The translations under genes and the position numbers were made by a program. Shown in pieces: positions 11,700 to 23,816 of a stretch of 64,000 bases of DNA. The stretch comes from Patescibacteria group bacterium (GTDB lineage: Bacteria; Patescibacteriota; SICC01). The notes under the pieces were generated by a model. It was not told where the DNA came from, did not search any database, and saw only the letters and a list, made by a program, of their open reading frames with translations. The first letter of the stretch is position 1; every line of letters begins with the position of its first letter. The stretch spans positions 2,219 through 66,218 of the forward strand of contig JBBDXB010000006.1 in the NCBI GenBank assembly GCA_040902515.1, written 5' to 3'.

Positions 11700-14339
11700 A
11701 TGGGCAGACTGAAAAACGCAATCACTGACCTCTTCGCCACGGACCAACTAACCGCGGATGGCGGGACGGTCCTGAAGGATCCCACAGGGAGCTGGCGCAA
11801 GCGACGGATCGTCAAGCTCACAGGGGCCGGCACGTCGTTCCTGCTGGCGCTGTTCCTGATGATCGCCTCGATCGGCCTGCCGCTTCCCGGCCAGGTGAAC
11901 GCGGCTCGGGCGGAAGCCACCTCCATCTACGCCCGCGACGGCAAGACCCTGCTCTACAAGATCCGGGGCGAGAAGAACCGGACCCGGATCGACTTCGACG
12001 ATATGCCGCGATGCATCAAGGACGCGACCGTAGCTACCGAAGACAAGAGCTTCTATGAACACCAAGGACTCGACCCCCGGGGTCTGGCGCGGGCGATCTG
12101 GGTCAATCTCGAGCTCGGACAGACCAGTCAGGGCGGATCCACGATCACCCAGCAACTGGTGAAGAACGCCCTGCTCTCACCGGAACGGACGTACACCCGC
12201 AAGGCCAAGGAACTGGTGCTTTCCTTGGAGATCGAACAGCTCTACTCGAAGGACGACATCCTCCAGTTGTACCTGAACGAGATCCCCTACGGCCATAACG
12301 CCTACGGGATCGAGGCCGCTTCGCAGACCTATTTCGCCAAGTCGGCCCGGAACCTTACGCTTCCGGAATGTGCCGTGCTGGCCGGACTGCCTCAGGCCCC
12401 CACCTACTACTCCCCGTTCACCTCCGGCGATCCGAACCGGCTCAAGGAGCGGGCGACCCACGTGCTCGACCAGATGCTCGAGCAGGAGCACATCGACCGG
12501 GAAGCCTATGACACGGCCGTCGCCAAGATAGAGAAAGGGTTGCAGTTCGCGGCGGCGCGCGGTGAGGACATCACGGCACCGCACTTCGTCTTCTACGTCC
12601 GGGAGCAGCTCGAACGGAAGTACGACGTCCGGACCATCCAGGAAGGCGGGCTCAAGGTCGTGACCTCGCTGGACCCTGAGAAGCAGGAGATTGCCGAAGA
12701 AGTGGTGACCCAGGCACGGGGCAACTTCCCGCTGTACGGCGCCTCGAATGCCGCCCTCACCGCGCTCGATCCGAAGACCGGACAGATTCTGGCGATGGTC
12801 GGTTCCGTGGACTACTTCGACACGGCAGGAGAGGGCAATGTGAACGTCGCGACCGCCGACCGGCAGCCCGGCTCATCCTTCAAGCCGATCGTCTACCTGG
12901 CGGCATTCAAGAAGGGCTACGACAGCGGCCTGGAGAAACCGCTGGCATACAACCCGGCCACCCTGCTCTGGGACGTGAAGACCGACTTCGGTGGCGGCTA
13001 TGCTCCTAATAACTACGACCGACGGTTCCGCGGCCCGGTCAGTGCCCGTGACGCGCTCCAGCAGTCGCTGAATGTCCCGTCCGTGAAGATGCTCGACCTG
13101 ATCGGCGTCCGCACCGCGACCGACCTCGCCCACCAGATGGGCATTACCACGCTGAACGATCCCGACCGCTACGGTGACGCGCTCGTACTCGGCGGCGGCG
13201 AGGTGAAGCTGCTCGAGTTGAACGCGGCCTACAACGTGATCGCAAACCAGGGCGTCGCCGCGTATTCCGAGCGGAACGGCAACGGGACACATACGACCGT
13301 GACGCCGATCCTCTCGGTGACCGACCGCAAGGGCAAGGTGCTCGAGCAGTATGACGAAGGGAGTTCCCGCGAAGTCGTGAGCCAGGAGCTCGCGTACCAG
13401 ATCTCCGACGTGCTATCCGACGACGCCGCCCGTGCGCCGCAGTTCGGACGGAACGGGCCGCTGACCCTCCCTGGCCGGCCGGATACCGCCGCCAAGACCG
13501 GCACGACCGACAGTTACCGCGATGCCTGGACGGTCGGCTTCACGCCGAACGTCTCCGCCGGCGTCTGGGTCGGTAACAACGACAACTCGCCGATGAACGA
13601 GACCGGTGGATCCCGGGCGGCCGCGCCGATCTGGAACGACTTCATGCGGCGAGTCCTGGCCGAGGAACCGGTCCGCGAATTCGAGCGGCCCGATGGCATC
13701 AAGGAGCTCCGCGTGGACCGTCTGACCGGCCTGCTACCGGGCCCGAACACCCGCCAGACCAAGACGGACATTTTCACCGACGGCAACGCGCCCCGGAACA
13801 AGAGCGAAGCGGGGGTCGGGGAAAGCAGCGAGAACTGCACGCCACGCGTAAGCTTGAACAGCCCGGGCGGCGGCCAGCTTGACTCGGGTAGCGTGACGAT
13901 CTCGGCGACTGCCACTACGCCGGGGGACGGGCCGGGCATCGCCGAGGTCCGGTTCAGCGTGGGCGGAAGCGTGATTGCGACCGATACGGCACCGCCATTC
14001 ACTACGAGCACGACCCTCGGCAGCGGCTCGCATACGATCACGGCCACGGCGATCAGCAACGAATGCGGCGAGGGCATCAGCGGTTCGGGCCTCCATAGCG
14101 AGCGGCCTAACAATCCGAATTGGGAACGGCCTGTCCAGGCGTGGCTCCGCAGTAACGGCCTTTCCTTCGGCGGTTCGGACGATACGGAGGAAGCAGAGGA
14201 CTCCGTGACCGTCACCGTAGGCGGCGAGGAAACGCCCGAGCCCGAGCCGTCACCGACCGATGGCGGGGGTGGCGGAGGCGCATTCCTTCCGGGCGGTACG
14301 CCGCTTGGCTACCTCCGGGACGATCAGCTTCTCTCGTAA
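11700..14339 (+). CDS. Class A penicillin-binding protein (transglycosylase/transpeptidase) with long Gly/Thr-rich C-terminal extension
   Basis: Glycosyltransferase motifs ATEDKSFYEHQGLD and GGSTITQQLVKN are present, with SxxK, SxN and KTGT transpeptidase motifs. Its 3' end overlaps the convergent mpg gene by 16 nt. Confidence 0.9.
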   Translation: MGRLKNAITDLFATDQLTADGGTVLKDPTGSWRKRRIVKLTGAGTSFLLALFLMIASIGLPLPGQVNAARAEATSIYARDGKTLLYKIRGEKNRTRIDFDDMPRCIKDATVATEDKSFYEHQGLDPRGLARAIWVNLELGQTSQGGSTITQQLVKNALLSPERTYTRKAKELVLSLEIEQLYSKDDILQLYLNEIPYGHNAYGIEAASQTYFAKSARNLTLPECAVLAGLPQAPTYYSPFTSGDPNRLKERATHVLDQMLEQEHIDREAYDTAVAKIEKGLQFAAARGEDITAPHFVFYVREQLERKYDVRTIQEGGLKVVTSLDPEKQEIAEEVVTQARGNFPLYGASNAALTALDPKTGQILAMVGSVDYFDTAGEGNVNVATADRQPGSSFKPIVYLAAFKKGYDSGLEKPLAYNPATLLWDVKTDFGGGYAPNNYDRRFRGPVSARDALQQSLNVPSVKMLDLIGVRTATDLAHQMGITTLNDPDRYGDALVLGGGEVKLLELNAAYNVIANQGVAAYSERNGNGTHTTVTPILSVTDRKGKVLEQYDEGSSREVVSQELAYQISDVLSDDAARAPQFGRNGPLTLPGRPDTAAKTGTTDSYRDAWTVGFTPNVSAGVWVGNNDNSPMNETGGSRAAAPIWNDFMRRVLAEEPVREFERPDGIKELRVDRLTGLLPGPNTRQTKTDIFTDGNAPRNKSEAGVGESSENCTPRVSLNSPGGGQLDSGSVTISATATTPGDGPGIAEVRFSVGGSVIATDTAPPFTTSTTLGSGSHTITATAISNECGEGISGSGLHSERPNNPNWERPVQAWLRSNGLSFGGSDDTEEAEDSVTVTVGGEETPEPEPSPTDGGGGGGAFLPGGTPLGYLRDDQLLS

Positions 14340-14929
14340 CGAGGGTGGGCCGAGACGGACGGGCTCTCTTTGACGTAGAACCGGGCATGGTGCTCCCGAC
14401 CGTGGCGGATACCGATCCGAGGACTCGCGCCGATCTTTGACGGCGGCACCGGCACGCCTTCCTCGATCCAAAGCACCTCACCGGTAAGGTCGGTACGGTT
14501 GAGGCTGAGATCGATCGCCAGGGCCTGGCAGAGATTGCCGGGACCGTCTGTAAGTCGCGCCGCGGACACATTCCCACGATGCCGCTGCATCACTTCGATA
14601 CCTTCGAGCGGTTCGATCGCCCGGACCAGCACCCCCGTCCCCGACCCATCCCCTTCGGTGACGGTATTCATGCAGTGGTACATCCCGTACGTGAAGTAGA
14701 CGTACGCGAATCCCGGCGGGCCGAACATCGGTGCCGCCCGGGAGACGGGGCCGTGGCGGGCGTGCGACGCGGGATCCTCGGGACCAAGATATGCCTCGGT
14801 CTCCACGATCCGCCCCGCCAGCCGTTTGCCGCGATACCGCCGGACCAGGACCCGGCCGAGCAAATCCGGCGCGACGGTCAGCGTCGGGCGGGCATAGAAG
14901 GAATGCGGAAGCGGCTTACTTCGAGCCAA
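14324..14929 (-). CDS. mpg: DNA-3-methyladenine glycosylase (Mpg/AAG family)
   Basis: MARSKPLPHSFYARPTLTVAPDLLGRVLVRR...IVETEAYLGPEDPASHA is the AAG-family signature. Confidence 0.85.
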   Translation of the reverse strand: MARSKPLPHSFYARPTLTVAPDLLGRVLVRRYRGKRLAGRIVETEAYLGPEDPASHARHGPVSRAAPMFGPPGFAYVYFTYGMYHCMNTVTEGDGSGTGVLVRAIEPLEGIEVMQRHRGNVSAARLTDGPGNLCQALAIDLSLNRTDLTGEVLWIEEGVPVPPSKIGASPRIGIRHGREHHARFYVKESPSVSAHPRYERS

Positions 14930-15449
14930 ACTGCTTCTGGTAGAGCGCTTGCGCTTCCTTGATCACGTCGAAGGCGGCATCCCGGCCCTCGATCTTCTCG
15001 ATCGTGACTTGCTTGCCCTCGAGGTTCTTGTAGTTCTCGAAGAAATCGACCAGCTCCTTCAGCACATGCGGCGCGATGTCGCCCTTGTCCTTCAGTTCGG
15101 CCAGCCGCGGCTCGCCGACCGGGACACAAATCAACTTCTCGTCTTTCTCGCCGTCGTCGATCATCCGGGCTACCGCGATCGGCCGGGCCGGCACGAGCAC
15201 GCCGGGGTAGTAGGGATCCGTCGTGTTGATGATCAGGGCATCGAGCGGATCTCCGTCGTGCCAGTGGGTCTGCGGCACCATGCCGTAATCCATCGGATAC
15301 ACCTGCGCCCCGTGGAACACGCGATCAAGCACGATCAGGCCGGTCTCCTTGTCGATCTCGTACTTGTTCTTGCTGCCTCTCGGGATCTCGACGAGGACGT
15401 TCAGTGCTTCCGGCGGGTTGCCGATGCTGATGTCGTGGATGGGGTTCAT
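14916..15449 (-). CDS. ppa: Inorganic pyrophosphatase
   Basis: EIPRGSKNKYEIDKETGLIVLDRVF...DGDPLDALI. The Asp-rich active-site motifs are canonical family I PPase. Confidence 0.93.
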   Translation of the reverse strand: MNPIHDISIGNPPEALNVLVEIPRGSKNKYEIDKETGLIVLDRVFHGAQVYPMDYGMVPQTHWHDGDPLDALIINTTDPYYPGVLVPARPIAVARMIDDGEKDEKLICVPVGEPRLAELKDKGDIAPHVLKELVDFFENYKNLEGKQVTIEKIEGRDAAFDVIKEAQALYQKQFGSK

Positions 15450-15862
15450 TGCACGATCACCGTTCCGGTCTGCGAGGGTTCAAGATGATTATGGAATCCC
15501 CAGTTTCCCCGTTCGTTGAATACGAAGAGGTACGAGGCGCCGGACTCCAGCGTGCCGGATTCCAGGCTCCTCAGGTCGGTATGGGTGGGGTGCGGGTCGC
15601 TGGCGATGACCGCGGATGCGCCGGATTCGTTCACGAACACCACGCTTTGGCCAGCCTCGATGGTGACCTCATCCGGACTGAACGCGCCGTCCCGGAGCGT
15701 CACGCTGACGCTCTGCGGCGCGGCGCTGGCCGCGGTTTCGGGAGCCACGGTCGGTCCCGGCGTAGCCGGGACGGCCTCGTCGGTGTCCTGACTCGCGAAC
15801 AGAACCACTCCCACGACGACGGCGAGCAGGATTAGAAGGATGGCGATGATTCGGGGATTCAT
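15446..15862 (-). CDS. Small exported protein, possibly cupredoxin-like fold
   Basis: 138 aa with an N-terminal signal/TM segment (IIAILLILLAVVVGVVLF) and a beta-rich C-terminal part. It overlaps the ppa start by 4 nt. Confidence 0.5.
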   Translation of the reverse strand: MNPRIIAILLILLAVVVGVVLFASQDTDEAVPATPGPTVAPETAASAAPQSVSVTLRDGAFSPDEVTIEAGQSVVFVNESGASAVIASDPHPTHTDLRSLESGTLESGASYLFVFNERGNWGFHNHLEPSQTGTVIVQ

Positions 15863-15889
15863 TGGTGTCCGATGTATGACCTTTCCAGC

Positions 15890-17110
<1,221 letters not shown>

Positions 17111-17116
17111 TTAGCT

Positions 17117-17527
17117 ATGAGTGAACAGGCGAAGTTCAAGGACGGCATTCCGTTGGAGGCGGCTATCGGGCAACTGGATGCGGATATCGCCAGGTTCGAA
17201 CAAGGTGAACCGATGCCGGAACAAGCAACGGGCATACGATTCGGGGATTCCCTGCCCGAATACCACCCCGCCCGGATCGCATTCGATGAAGAGGCGGTGC
17301 GCATGCATGCCGCACTGGAAGCCAGGGACCCTGAGACGTACCAATGTGCTTCACGCATGTTGTGCCTGATGGTCGCGTTCCAAAGCCGGTACGAGCATGC
17401 GCTCGAGGTCGTCGAGGACCCGGACCTTGCCGCGTTCCACGCCGAAGGGGAATGCACGGATTTCCGGCATCCCGAGTTGATCCGCGAGATCGCCGCGCGC
17501 TACTATACCGACTACCAGGAAGTGTGA
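17117..17527 (+). CDS. Hypothetical protein
   Basis: 136-aa ORF convergent with the next gene with zero-nt gap. No recognisable motif. Confidence 0.45.
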   Translation: MSEQAKFKDGIPLEAAIGQLDADIARFEQGEPMPEQATGIRFGDSLPEYHPARIAFDEEAVRMHAALEARDPETYQCASRMLCLMVAFQSRYEHALEVVEDPDLAAFHAEGECTDFRHPELIREIAARYYTDYQEV

Positions 17528-18448
17528 TTACTTCCCGCGTCCGCTTTTCTGTTTCGGCGTGACGAAGACCATCTTGCCGGCGACGGTCTGGAGGGCCCGG
17601 CTGACCTCGGCAGTGATCTCCTTGCCGACCAATCGCTCGCCGTTCTCCACCACGATCATCGTGCCGTCCGGAAGGTAGCCGACGCCTTGCCCTTTCTCCT
17701 TGCCCTTACCGACGACCTTTACCTCCAGCTCCTCACCAGGCAGCACCGGTGGCCGGAGCGCGCCGGCAAGTTCGTTCACGTTAAGCACGGGGACCCGCTC
17801 GATCTCCGCGACCCGGTTCAGGTTGTAGTCGGTCGTCATGATCGCGGCCTTGCGGCGCTTGGCAATCTCGACCAGCTTGGCGTCCACGGCCTTGGTCCGG
17901 CCGGTCACCTCGACGATCTCGACCAGCACCTCCGAGTGTTTCTCGAGCGCCGTCAGGGCCTCGAGGCCACGGCGTCCTTTGGCACGGCGGAGCGGGTCGG
18001 ACGAGTCCGCGATGTGCTGGAGTTCCTCGAGCACGATGCGCGGCACGAGCAAGGTTCCCACGAGGAAGCCCGCGTTTGCCACCTCGACGATCCGGGCATC
18101 GATGATCGCGCTGGTGTCCACGACGATCTCCCGGCCGGCCGGTGTGCCACGGCCGGTCATCGCCTGGTAGAGGAAGGAGACGAACAGGGCGCCCCGTACC
18201 GCGAAAACCGTACCGAACATCACTACGGTAAGCAGGGTGACCGCGAGCGGCAGGACGGTGCCGTAGGGGGTGGGAAGCGTCGCCAGTGGTAACGAGAGCA
18301 GCGCGCCCACGACCAACCCGACGAGCACGCCGATGAAGGTGGTGAGGAGCGACTTGGTATGCGCCCGCACGACCCGGCGTGTCAGCAGCAAGGATAGGCC
18401 GGTCAGGAACACCAGGAAGATGATCAGCTGGATGGTCGTTTCGTCCAC
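17528..18448 (-). CDS. PIN plus TRAM domain membrane-associated protein (YacL-like)
   Basis: N-terminal TM segments, PIN core (IVVDTSAIIDARI..., TTDYNLNRVAEIERVPVLN) and a C-terminal TRAM-like beta domain. It sits next to clpC as yacL does in Firmicutes. Confidence 0.7.
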   Translation of the reverse strand: MDETTIQLIIFLVFLTGLSLLLTRRVVRAHTKSLLTTFIGVLVGLVVGALLSLPLATLPTPYGTVLPLAVTLLTVVMFGTVFAVRGALFVSFLYQAMTGRGTPAGREIVVDTSAIIDARIVEVANAGFLVGTLLVPRIVLEELQHIADSSDPLRRAKGRRGLEALTALEKHSEVLVEIVEVTGRTKAVDAKLVEIAKRRKAAIMTTDYNLNRVAEIERVPVLNVNELAGALRPPVLPGEELEVKVVGKGKEKGQGVGYLPDGTMIVVENGERLVGKEITAEVSRALQTVAGKMVFVTPKQKSGRGK

Positions 18449-18508
18449 GGAACCAGTCTAGCAGGCTGGCCCACCTGCTCGTACCGCCGCCGCGTCATGC
18501 CGGACTGG

Positions 18509-21022
18509 TTACTTCTTCGCAGCCGCGCGCTTGGGACTTTGACCGACGGAGAACATGAACTCCTCCTTGGCGAAGCCGATCCGGACCCGGTCGCCGTCCT
18601 TGACGGTACCTTCCAGCATCAGCTCGGCCAGCCTGTCCTCGATGTCGTTCTGGATCGCCCGCCGTACCGGTCGTGCGCCGTACTGCGGGTCGAATCCGCG
18701 CTCTACCAGTTCGGCCTTGGCCTTGGCGTCCACTGCCAGCTTGAGGTCGTGTTCCTTGAGGCGGGCTGCGAGTTCACCCAACTGCAGGTCGACGATCTTG
18801 CCGACCAGTTCCCTGGTCAGCGGCTTGAAGACCACGATCTGGTCGAGCCGGTTCAGGAACTCCGGACGGAACTTGTCCTTGAGCTGCTCCAGGACTCGCT
18901 GCTTCATATCCTCATACCGTTGTTCCATCGAGGCTTCGGAGCGCTCGTCATGCACCTGGAACCCGAGCTGCGCGGTCTTCTGGAGCTCCTGCGCACCGAC
19001 GTTGCTGGTCAGGATGATGATCGTGTTCCGGAAATCGACCGTGCGGCCCTTGGCATCGGTCAGTTGTCCGTCCTCCAGGATCTGCAGCAGGAGGTTGAAT
19101 ACCTCGGGATGCGCCTTCTCGATCTCGTCAAGCAGCACCACGGAGTACGGGTTCCGGCGGATCTGCTCGGTGAGCCGGCCGCCTTCTTCGTACCCGACAT
19201 ATCCCGCCGGGGCGCCGACCAAGCGCGACACGTTGTGCCGCTCCATGAATTCGCTCATGTCGAGCTTGATCAGGTTATCCTCCGACCCGAAGACCTCGCG
19301 GGCCAGGACCTTCACCAGCTCGGTCTTGCCGACACCGGTCGGCCCGAGGAAAATGAACGATCCCATCGGTCGTTTCGGGCTTCCGATGCCCACGCGGCTG
19401 CGCCGGATGCTCCGGGCGACCGCGGACACGGCCTCACCCTGGCCGATGATCTGTCCTTTCAGTTTCTTCTCGAGATTGGTGAGGTTCTCTGCTTCCGCCT
19501 TCACGAGGCGCGTGACCGGCACGCCGGTCCACTGGGCTACGACGGTGGCGATGTCTTCCTCGTTCACCTTGACCGTCTTCGGCCCCTTCCCGCGGAGCTG
19601 CTCACGGATTTTGTTCGCCTTGTCGCGGAGTTGGGCCGCCTTCTCGTAATCCTGGTTGTCGATTGCCCGTTCCTTTTCCGCATTCAACGCCGTCAGTTCT
19701 TCCTGGAGTTTCTTGAGTTCCGGCGTCAGACCGCCTTCGCGCAGCCGGCCGGCCGAAGCCGCCTCGTCCACCAGGTCGATCGCCTTGTCCGGCAGGAACC
19801 GGTCGGCGATGTAGCGCTGGCTGAGCCGGACCGCCGTCTCGATCGCCTCGTCGGTGATCTCCACGCCGTGATGATCCTCGTAGTTCTTCCGGAGTCCTTT
19901 CAGGACCGCCACCGTTTCCTCGGGGGACGGTTCCTTCACGTGGACCGGTTGGAAGCGCCGCTCCAGTGCCGCGTCCTTCTCGATATGCTTGCGGTATTCG
20001 TCGAGCGTAGTCGCGCCGATGGTCTGGATCTCGCCGCGCGCCAGGGCCGGCTTCAGGATCTGGGCGGCGTCCATCGAACCTTCGGCCGCGCCGGCACCCA
20101 CGATCGTGTGCAGCTCGTCGATGAAGATCACCACGTCTTCCTGTTTCTTGAGTTCGTCGATCACCTGCTTCACGCGTTCCTCGAACTCACCGCGGTACTT
20201 GGTACCCGCCACCATCAGCGGCAGGTCGAGTGCCAGGATGCGTTTGCCGTGCAATGCCTCCGGTACCCGCTCCTCGATGATCCGCTCCGCCAGTCCCTCA
20301 ACGATGGCGGTCTTGCCGATGCCGGGCTCCCCGATCAGCACCGGATTGTTCTTGGTCCGCCGGCCGAGGATCTGTACGACGCGCTGGACCTCGTCATCGC
20401 GGCCGATCACGGGATCGAGCTTGTTCTGCTCGGCCAGCTCGGTCAGGTCGGTCGAGAAGTAGTCGAGCGCGGGTGTCTTCTTCTTGTCCCCCTTGATATC
20501 CTCCTTCTTGAACGGCCCGCCGGTCGGCATGACCGGTTGGCTACCGGCCCGCTCGCCGGTCGCCGTGGCGCTGCTGCCGCCGGTATGCCGGAACAGGTTC
20601 AGTACCTGCGACTTGATTCGCTCCGGATCGGCGCCAAGTTCTTCGAGGATCGAATACGCCTTGGTATTCTTGTCGCCCAGGATGCCGAGCAGGAGGTGTT
20701 CCGTACCCACGTAATAGTGCTGATGCCGGGCGGCAGTGGCGACCGCCTTCTCGATCACCTTCTTGGCGGGATCGGTCAGACCGGCGCCACCCGCGTCATA
20801 CCGCGACTTCGAGGAGAAACTGAGTGCCAGCTGGACCTTCTCCAGCGTGACGGCGTGGCCCTCGAGAATCTCGGCCGCAAGCGCCTCCGGATTGGAAACC
20901 AGGCCGACCAGGATGTGCTCGGTGCCGATGTACGCCTCACCCATCGCCCGCGCCGCCTTCTGCGCGGCGGTCAACGAAAGCTTGGCGTTCTTGGTAAATT
21001 TCTCGAAATGCTCGTTCTGCAT
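18509..21022 (-). CDS. clpC: ATP-dependent Clp protease ATP-binding subunit ClpC
   Basis: Duplicated Clp N-domain, two AAA+ modules (GEPGIGKT and GPTGVGKT Walker A), UVR-like middle domain. Confidence 0.92.
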   Translation of the reverse strand: MQNEHFEKFTKNAKLSLTAAQKAARAMGEAYIGTEHILVGLVSNPEALAAEILEGHAVTLEKVQLALSFSSKSRYDAGGAGLTDPAKKVIEKAVATAARHQHYYVGTEHLLLGILGDKNTKAYSILEELGADPERIKSQVLNLFRHTGGSSATATGERAGSQPVMPTGGPFKKEDIKGDKKKTPALDYFSTDLTELAEQNKLDPVIGRDDEVQRVVQILGRRTKNNPVLIGEPGIGKTAIVEGLAERIIEERVPEALHGKRILALDLPLMVAGTKYRGEFEERVKQVIDELKKQEDVVIFIDELHTIVGAGAAEGSMDAAQILKPALARGEIQTIGATTLDEYRKHIEKDAALERRFQPVHVKEPSPEETVAVLKGLRKNYEDHHGVEITDEAIETAVRLSQRYIADRFLPDKAIDLVDEAASAGRLREGGLTPELKKLQEELTALNAEKERAIDNQDYEKAAQLRDKANKIREQLRGKGPKTVKVNEEDIATVVAQWTGVPVTRLVKAEAENLTNLEKKLKGQIIGQGEAVSAVARSIRRSRVGIGSPKRPMGSFIFLGPTGVGKTELVKVLAREVFGSEDNLIKLDMSEFMERHNVSRLVGAPAGYVGYEEGGRLTEQIRRNPYSVVLLDEIEKAHPEVFNLLLQILEDGQLTDAKGRTVDFRNTIIILTSNVGAQELQKTAQLGFQVHDERSEASMEQRYEDMKQRVLEQLKDKFRPEFLNRLDQIVVFKPLTRELVGKIVDLQLGELAARLKEHDLKLAVDAKAKAELVERGFDPQYGARPVRRAIQNDIEDRLAELMLEGTVKDGDRVRIGFAKEEFMFSVGQSPKRAAAKK

Positions 21023-21187
21023 GGAAACCCTCGTGCTTAGCTTAGTATAGGCGGTCCGCTAAACCCCCTCGATGGAAGGAATGGCGAAAAATGGCCGTAA
21101 TGTCTATATGTTTTTGTGCGAATCGTATTTTGCGGTTCGCGACACTACCGTACAGGAGCGCGGACGCATGTCAAGAGAAATCCGCGG

Positions 21188-22729
21188 CTACGAGTCATCG
21201 CCTTCACCGGCGGGTTCGTCCTTGTCGCCGGTGGTTGGCTCCTCAGACGCCGCCTTGGCCGCTGTTCCGTCATCTTCGGTGTCGCCTGGCTCCGCCTTTT
21301 CTTCGTCGGCAGTAGTGGCTCCCTCGTCACCGGCCTCCGGTTCGGCGGATGGCTCGGAAGTTTCGGACGCAGGCTTGGCGCCGGGGTCGGTATCGGCAGT
21401 CGCAGGATCTTCCGGCGCCACAGCGACCTCTCCGGATTCGCTGACCGCTTGGGCAGCCGCCTGTTGGATCTCCTGCCGGCGTTCGGGTTCGATACCCCCG
21501 ACGCGCTCCAGCTCCTCAGGCTCCGCGGCCACGATCTTCTGGGCGGTCTCGAGCTTCGCACCTTCGAACGCCGCGGCCTCTTCCTCGGTGACACCCTCGA
21601 CCTTCCCGATCGGGATGCTCGCGACCACCGTGCCGCCTTCGGTCGCGGTCTCGGCGGCGGCCGCCTGCTGGGCCTCCGACTTGTCGATGTCGATCTGCCA
21701 GCCGGTCAGCTCGCCCGCCAACCGGACGTTCTGGCCGCCGCGTCCGATCGCCAGGCTGAGCTGATCGTCCGCGACCTTGATCGTGGCGGTCTTGGTCTTC
21801 TCGTCGAGGTCGATCTTGGAGATCTTCGCCGGACTGAGCGCATTGGCGATGTACGTGTGCGGGTCTTCGTCGTAGAGGACGATGTCGATCTTCTCGTCGC
21901 CGAGCTCGGCCATGATCGCCTGGACGCGGGTCCCCCGTTGCCCGACGCAGGTGCCGACCGGATCGACGCCCTCCTGGTTCGAGGCTACGCCGACCTTGCT
22001 GCGTACGCCGGCTTCCCGAGCCACCGACTTGATCTCGACCGTCCCGGCATGGATTTCAGGCACCTCGAGCTCGAACAGCCGGTGCACGAAGTCCGGATGT
22101 GCCCGGGTGAAGATCAGCTGGGCGGCACGACCCTCCGGATCCACTTCACGAAGCATCACGCGCAGGCGCTGGCCGATGTAGTACCGCTCCCGCTCGATTT
22201 GGTCGCCGGGTCCGAGGATGCCGATCGCCCGGCCCACTTCCACGAACACGTTGCGTCCCTCGATCCGCTGGACGGAACCGGTCATCAGTTCCCCGGTCCG
22301 GTCCGAGAACTCGTCACGGACGATCTCCCGCTCGACCTCGCGGATCCGCTGGATGATCACCTGTTTGGCCGTCTGTGCCGCGATGCGCCCGAAGCCGGCC
22401 GGCGGTTCCACGGGTTCTTCGAAGATATCGCCGTCCTTCGGCGCCTTGGCGCCGCGCTTCTTCGCTTCGTCGACCGGCAGCTGTACGTGCTCGTTTTCCA
22501 CGTCCTCTTTCGTCGCGACTACCTCATGGACGATGAACAGCTTGGTCTCGCCGTTCTCGGGATTGAAGTCGGCGCGAATCTGCTGCTCGGGAAAGCCGTA
22601 ATCCTTGCGGTACGCGGCCGCGACCGCGGAGGCCACCGCTTCGAAGATCCGCTCCTGGGGAATCTTCCGGTCGTAGGCGATCTGCTCGATCGCTTCGTTG
22701 AACGCCTTGGGGTCGATGTCTAACTTCAT
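21188..22729 (-). CDS. nusA: Transcription termination/antitermination factor NusA with acidic C-terminal tail
   Basis: MKLDIDPKAFNEAIEQIAYDRKIPQERIFEAVASAVAAAYRK... I chose the ATG at 22727-22729. The upstream 50 codons of the track ORF have no support. The last about 130 aa are a D/E/A/T-rich tail. Confidence 0.88.
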   Translation of the reverse strand: MKLDIDPKAFNEAIEQIAYDRKIPQERIFEAVASAVAAAYRKDYGFPEQQIRADFNPENGETKLFIVHEVVATKEDVENEHVQLPVDEAKKRGAKAPKDGDIFEEPVEPPAGFGRIAAQTAKQVIIQRIREVEREIVRDEFSDRTGELMTGSVQRIEGRNVFVEVGRAIGILGPGDQIERERYYIGQRLRVMLREVDPEGRAAQLIFTRAHPDFVHRLFELEVPEIHAGTVEIKSVAREAGVRSKVGVASNQEGVDPVGTCVGQRGTRVQAIMAELGDEKIDIVLYDEDPHTYIANALSPAKISKIDLDEKTKTATIKVADDQLSLAIGRGGQNVRLAGELTGWQIDIDKSEAQQAAAAETATEGGTVVASIPIGKVEGVTEEEAAAFEGAKLETAQKIVAAEPEELERVGGIEPERRQEIQQAAAQAVSESGEVAVAPEDPATADTDPGAKPASETSEPSAEPEAGDEGATTADEEKAEPGDTEDDGTAAKAASEEPTTGDKDEPAGEGDDS

Positions 22730-22779
22730 GGTTGGATATTGTCCGTGACTAAAAAGCGGAGCCTGAGGCTCCAACGGGT

Positions 22780-23190
22780 TCAGTATACCACGGTCGCGTT
22801 GGCATGGTGGCGGATGCCTCCCGGATCGATCGCCACCACGTCCACCCGCCAGGGACCGACGTGCCGGGTCGCCAGCCGCCATGCTTCGGCTACCCGTACG
22901 ATGTGCCGGAGTTTCCGCGGCGTTACCGCCGTCTCGGGCAGGCCGGTTCCGACGAATCGGCGGGTCTTCACCTCGACGAAGACCAGCTCCCCGCCGTCGC
23001 GCATGACCAGGTCGACCTCGCCGCGGCGGGTACGCACGTTGGCCGCCACGAATTCATATCCCCGTGATTCCAGAAACCGGCGCGCGCGAGCTTCTCCCGT
23101 CGCCCCTAACAGCTGCTTGCTATTCACTATTCCAGTATAACCCGTCAGGTGAAAAGCTGCCGCCGGAATTGCTCGTAGACGGGCCGCCAC
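22780..23190 (-). CDS. yraN: YraN family (UPF0102) endonuclease-like protein
   Basis: GEARARRFLESRGYEFVAANVRTRRGEVDLVMRDGGELVFVEVKTRR matches the UPF0102 core. Confidence 0.8.
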   Translation of the reverse strand: MAARLRAIPAAAFHLTGYTGIVNSKQLLGATGEARARRFLESRGYEFVAANVRTRRGEVDLVMRDGGELVFVEVKTRRFVGTGLPETAVTPRKLRHIVRVAEAWRLATRHVGPWRVDVVAIDPGGIRHHANATVVY

Positions 23191-23816
23191 TGGGTCCTGT
23201 GGATCTCCACGGGTCCCCGTACTGCCAGCGCCCGGCGGTGTGCCGGAGTGCCGTACCCCTTGTGCCCGGCGAAACCGTACCCGGGAAACGCGTCATCGAG
23301 TTCGCGCATCAGGGCGTCGCGATGGACTTTCGCCACGATCGATGCCGCCGCAATGCAGCGTTCCGTGCCGTCCCCGCCGACGATCGTCTCGCACCCGATC
23401 GCCCCTCGGAAATAGTCATAGTGGCCGTCGAGCAAGACGTGGTCCGGCCGGACCCCAAGCTCCCGGAGTGACCGGAGGCCGCATTCCCGCAATGCCCAGG
23501 GGAACCCGTGCCGGTTGAACTCATCGATGGAAACCGTGCCGATGCCGATCGCGAGGGCTTTCGACCGGATCCGCCCGGCCAGTCGTTCGCGCTGGCCCGC
23601 CGTCAGCAGTTTGGAGTCACGGATGCCGGGCAGGCGGCAGTGGTCCGGTAGGATCACTGCCGCCGCGACCAGCGGGCCGGCCCAGGCACCCCGGCCGACT
23701 TCGTCCACGCCGGCGACCAACAGACCGCCCGCACCAAGGCGGCGTTCGATGATACGTCCCGGCGGCTTGTTAGTTGCCGTCCGTCTTCGGTCGCTTGACT
23801 TCGGCTTTACTGACAT
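23145..23816 (-). CDS. rnhB: Ribonuclease HII
   Basis: [23 protein letters not shown]...[13 protein letters not shown]. The 5' end overlaps rplS by about 47 nt, so the true start may be further downstream. Confidence 0.88.
   Translation of the reverse strand: MSVKPKSSDRRRTATNKPPGRIIERRLGAGGLLVAGVDEVGRGAWAGPLVAAAVILPDHCRLPGIRDSKLLTAGQRERLAGRIRSKALAIGIGTVSIDEFNRHGFPWALRECGLRSLRELGVRPDHVLLDGHYDYFRGAIGCETIVGGDGTERCIAAASIVAKVHRDALMRELDDAFPGYGFAGHKGYGTPAHRRALAVRGPVEIHRTQWRPVYEQFRRQLFT

Noticed and set aside
18497-21040. Long plus-strand ORFs opposite clpC
   Set aside because: Typical high-GC antisense artefacts with Arg/Leu/Gly/Asp-dominated composition, no motifs, and a bona fide conserved gene on the other strand. 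The same applies to 2779-3771, 4626-5813, 6359-7342, 9908-11599, 21116-22723, 25327-28248, 32262-33098, 35171-36631, 42671-44725, 46258-47835, 50900-51943 and 61403-62722.
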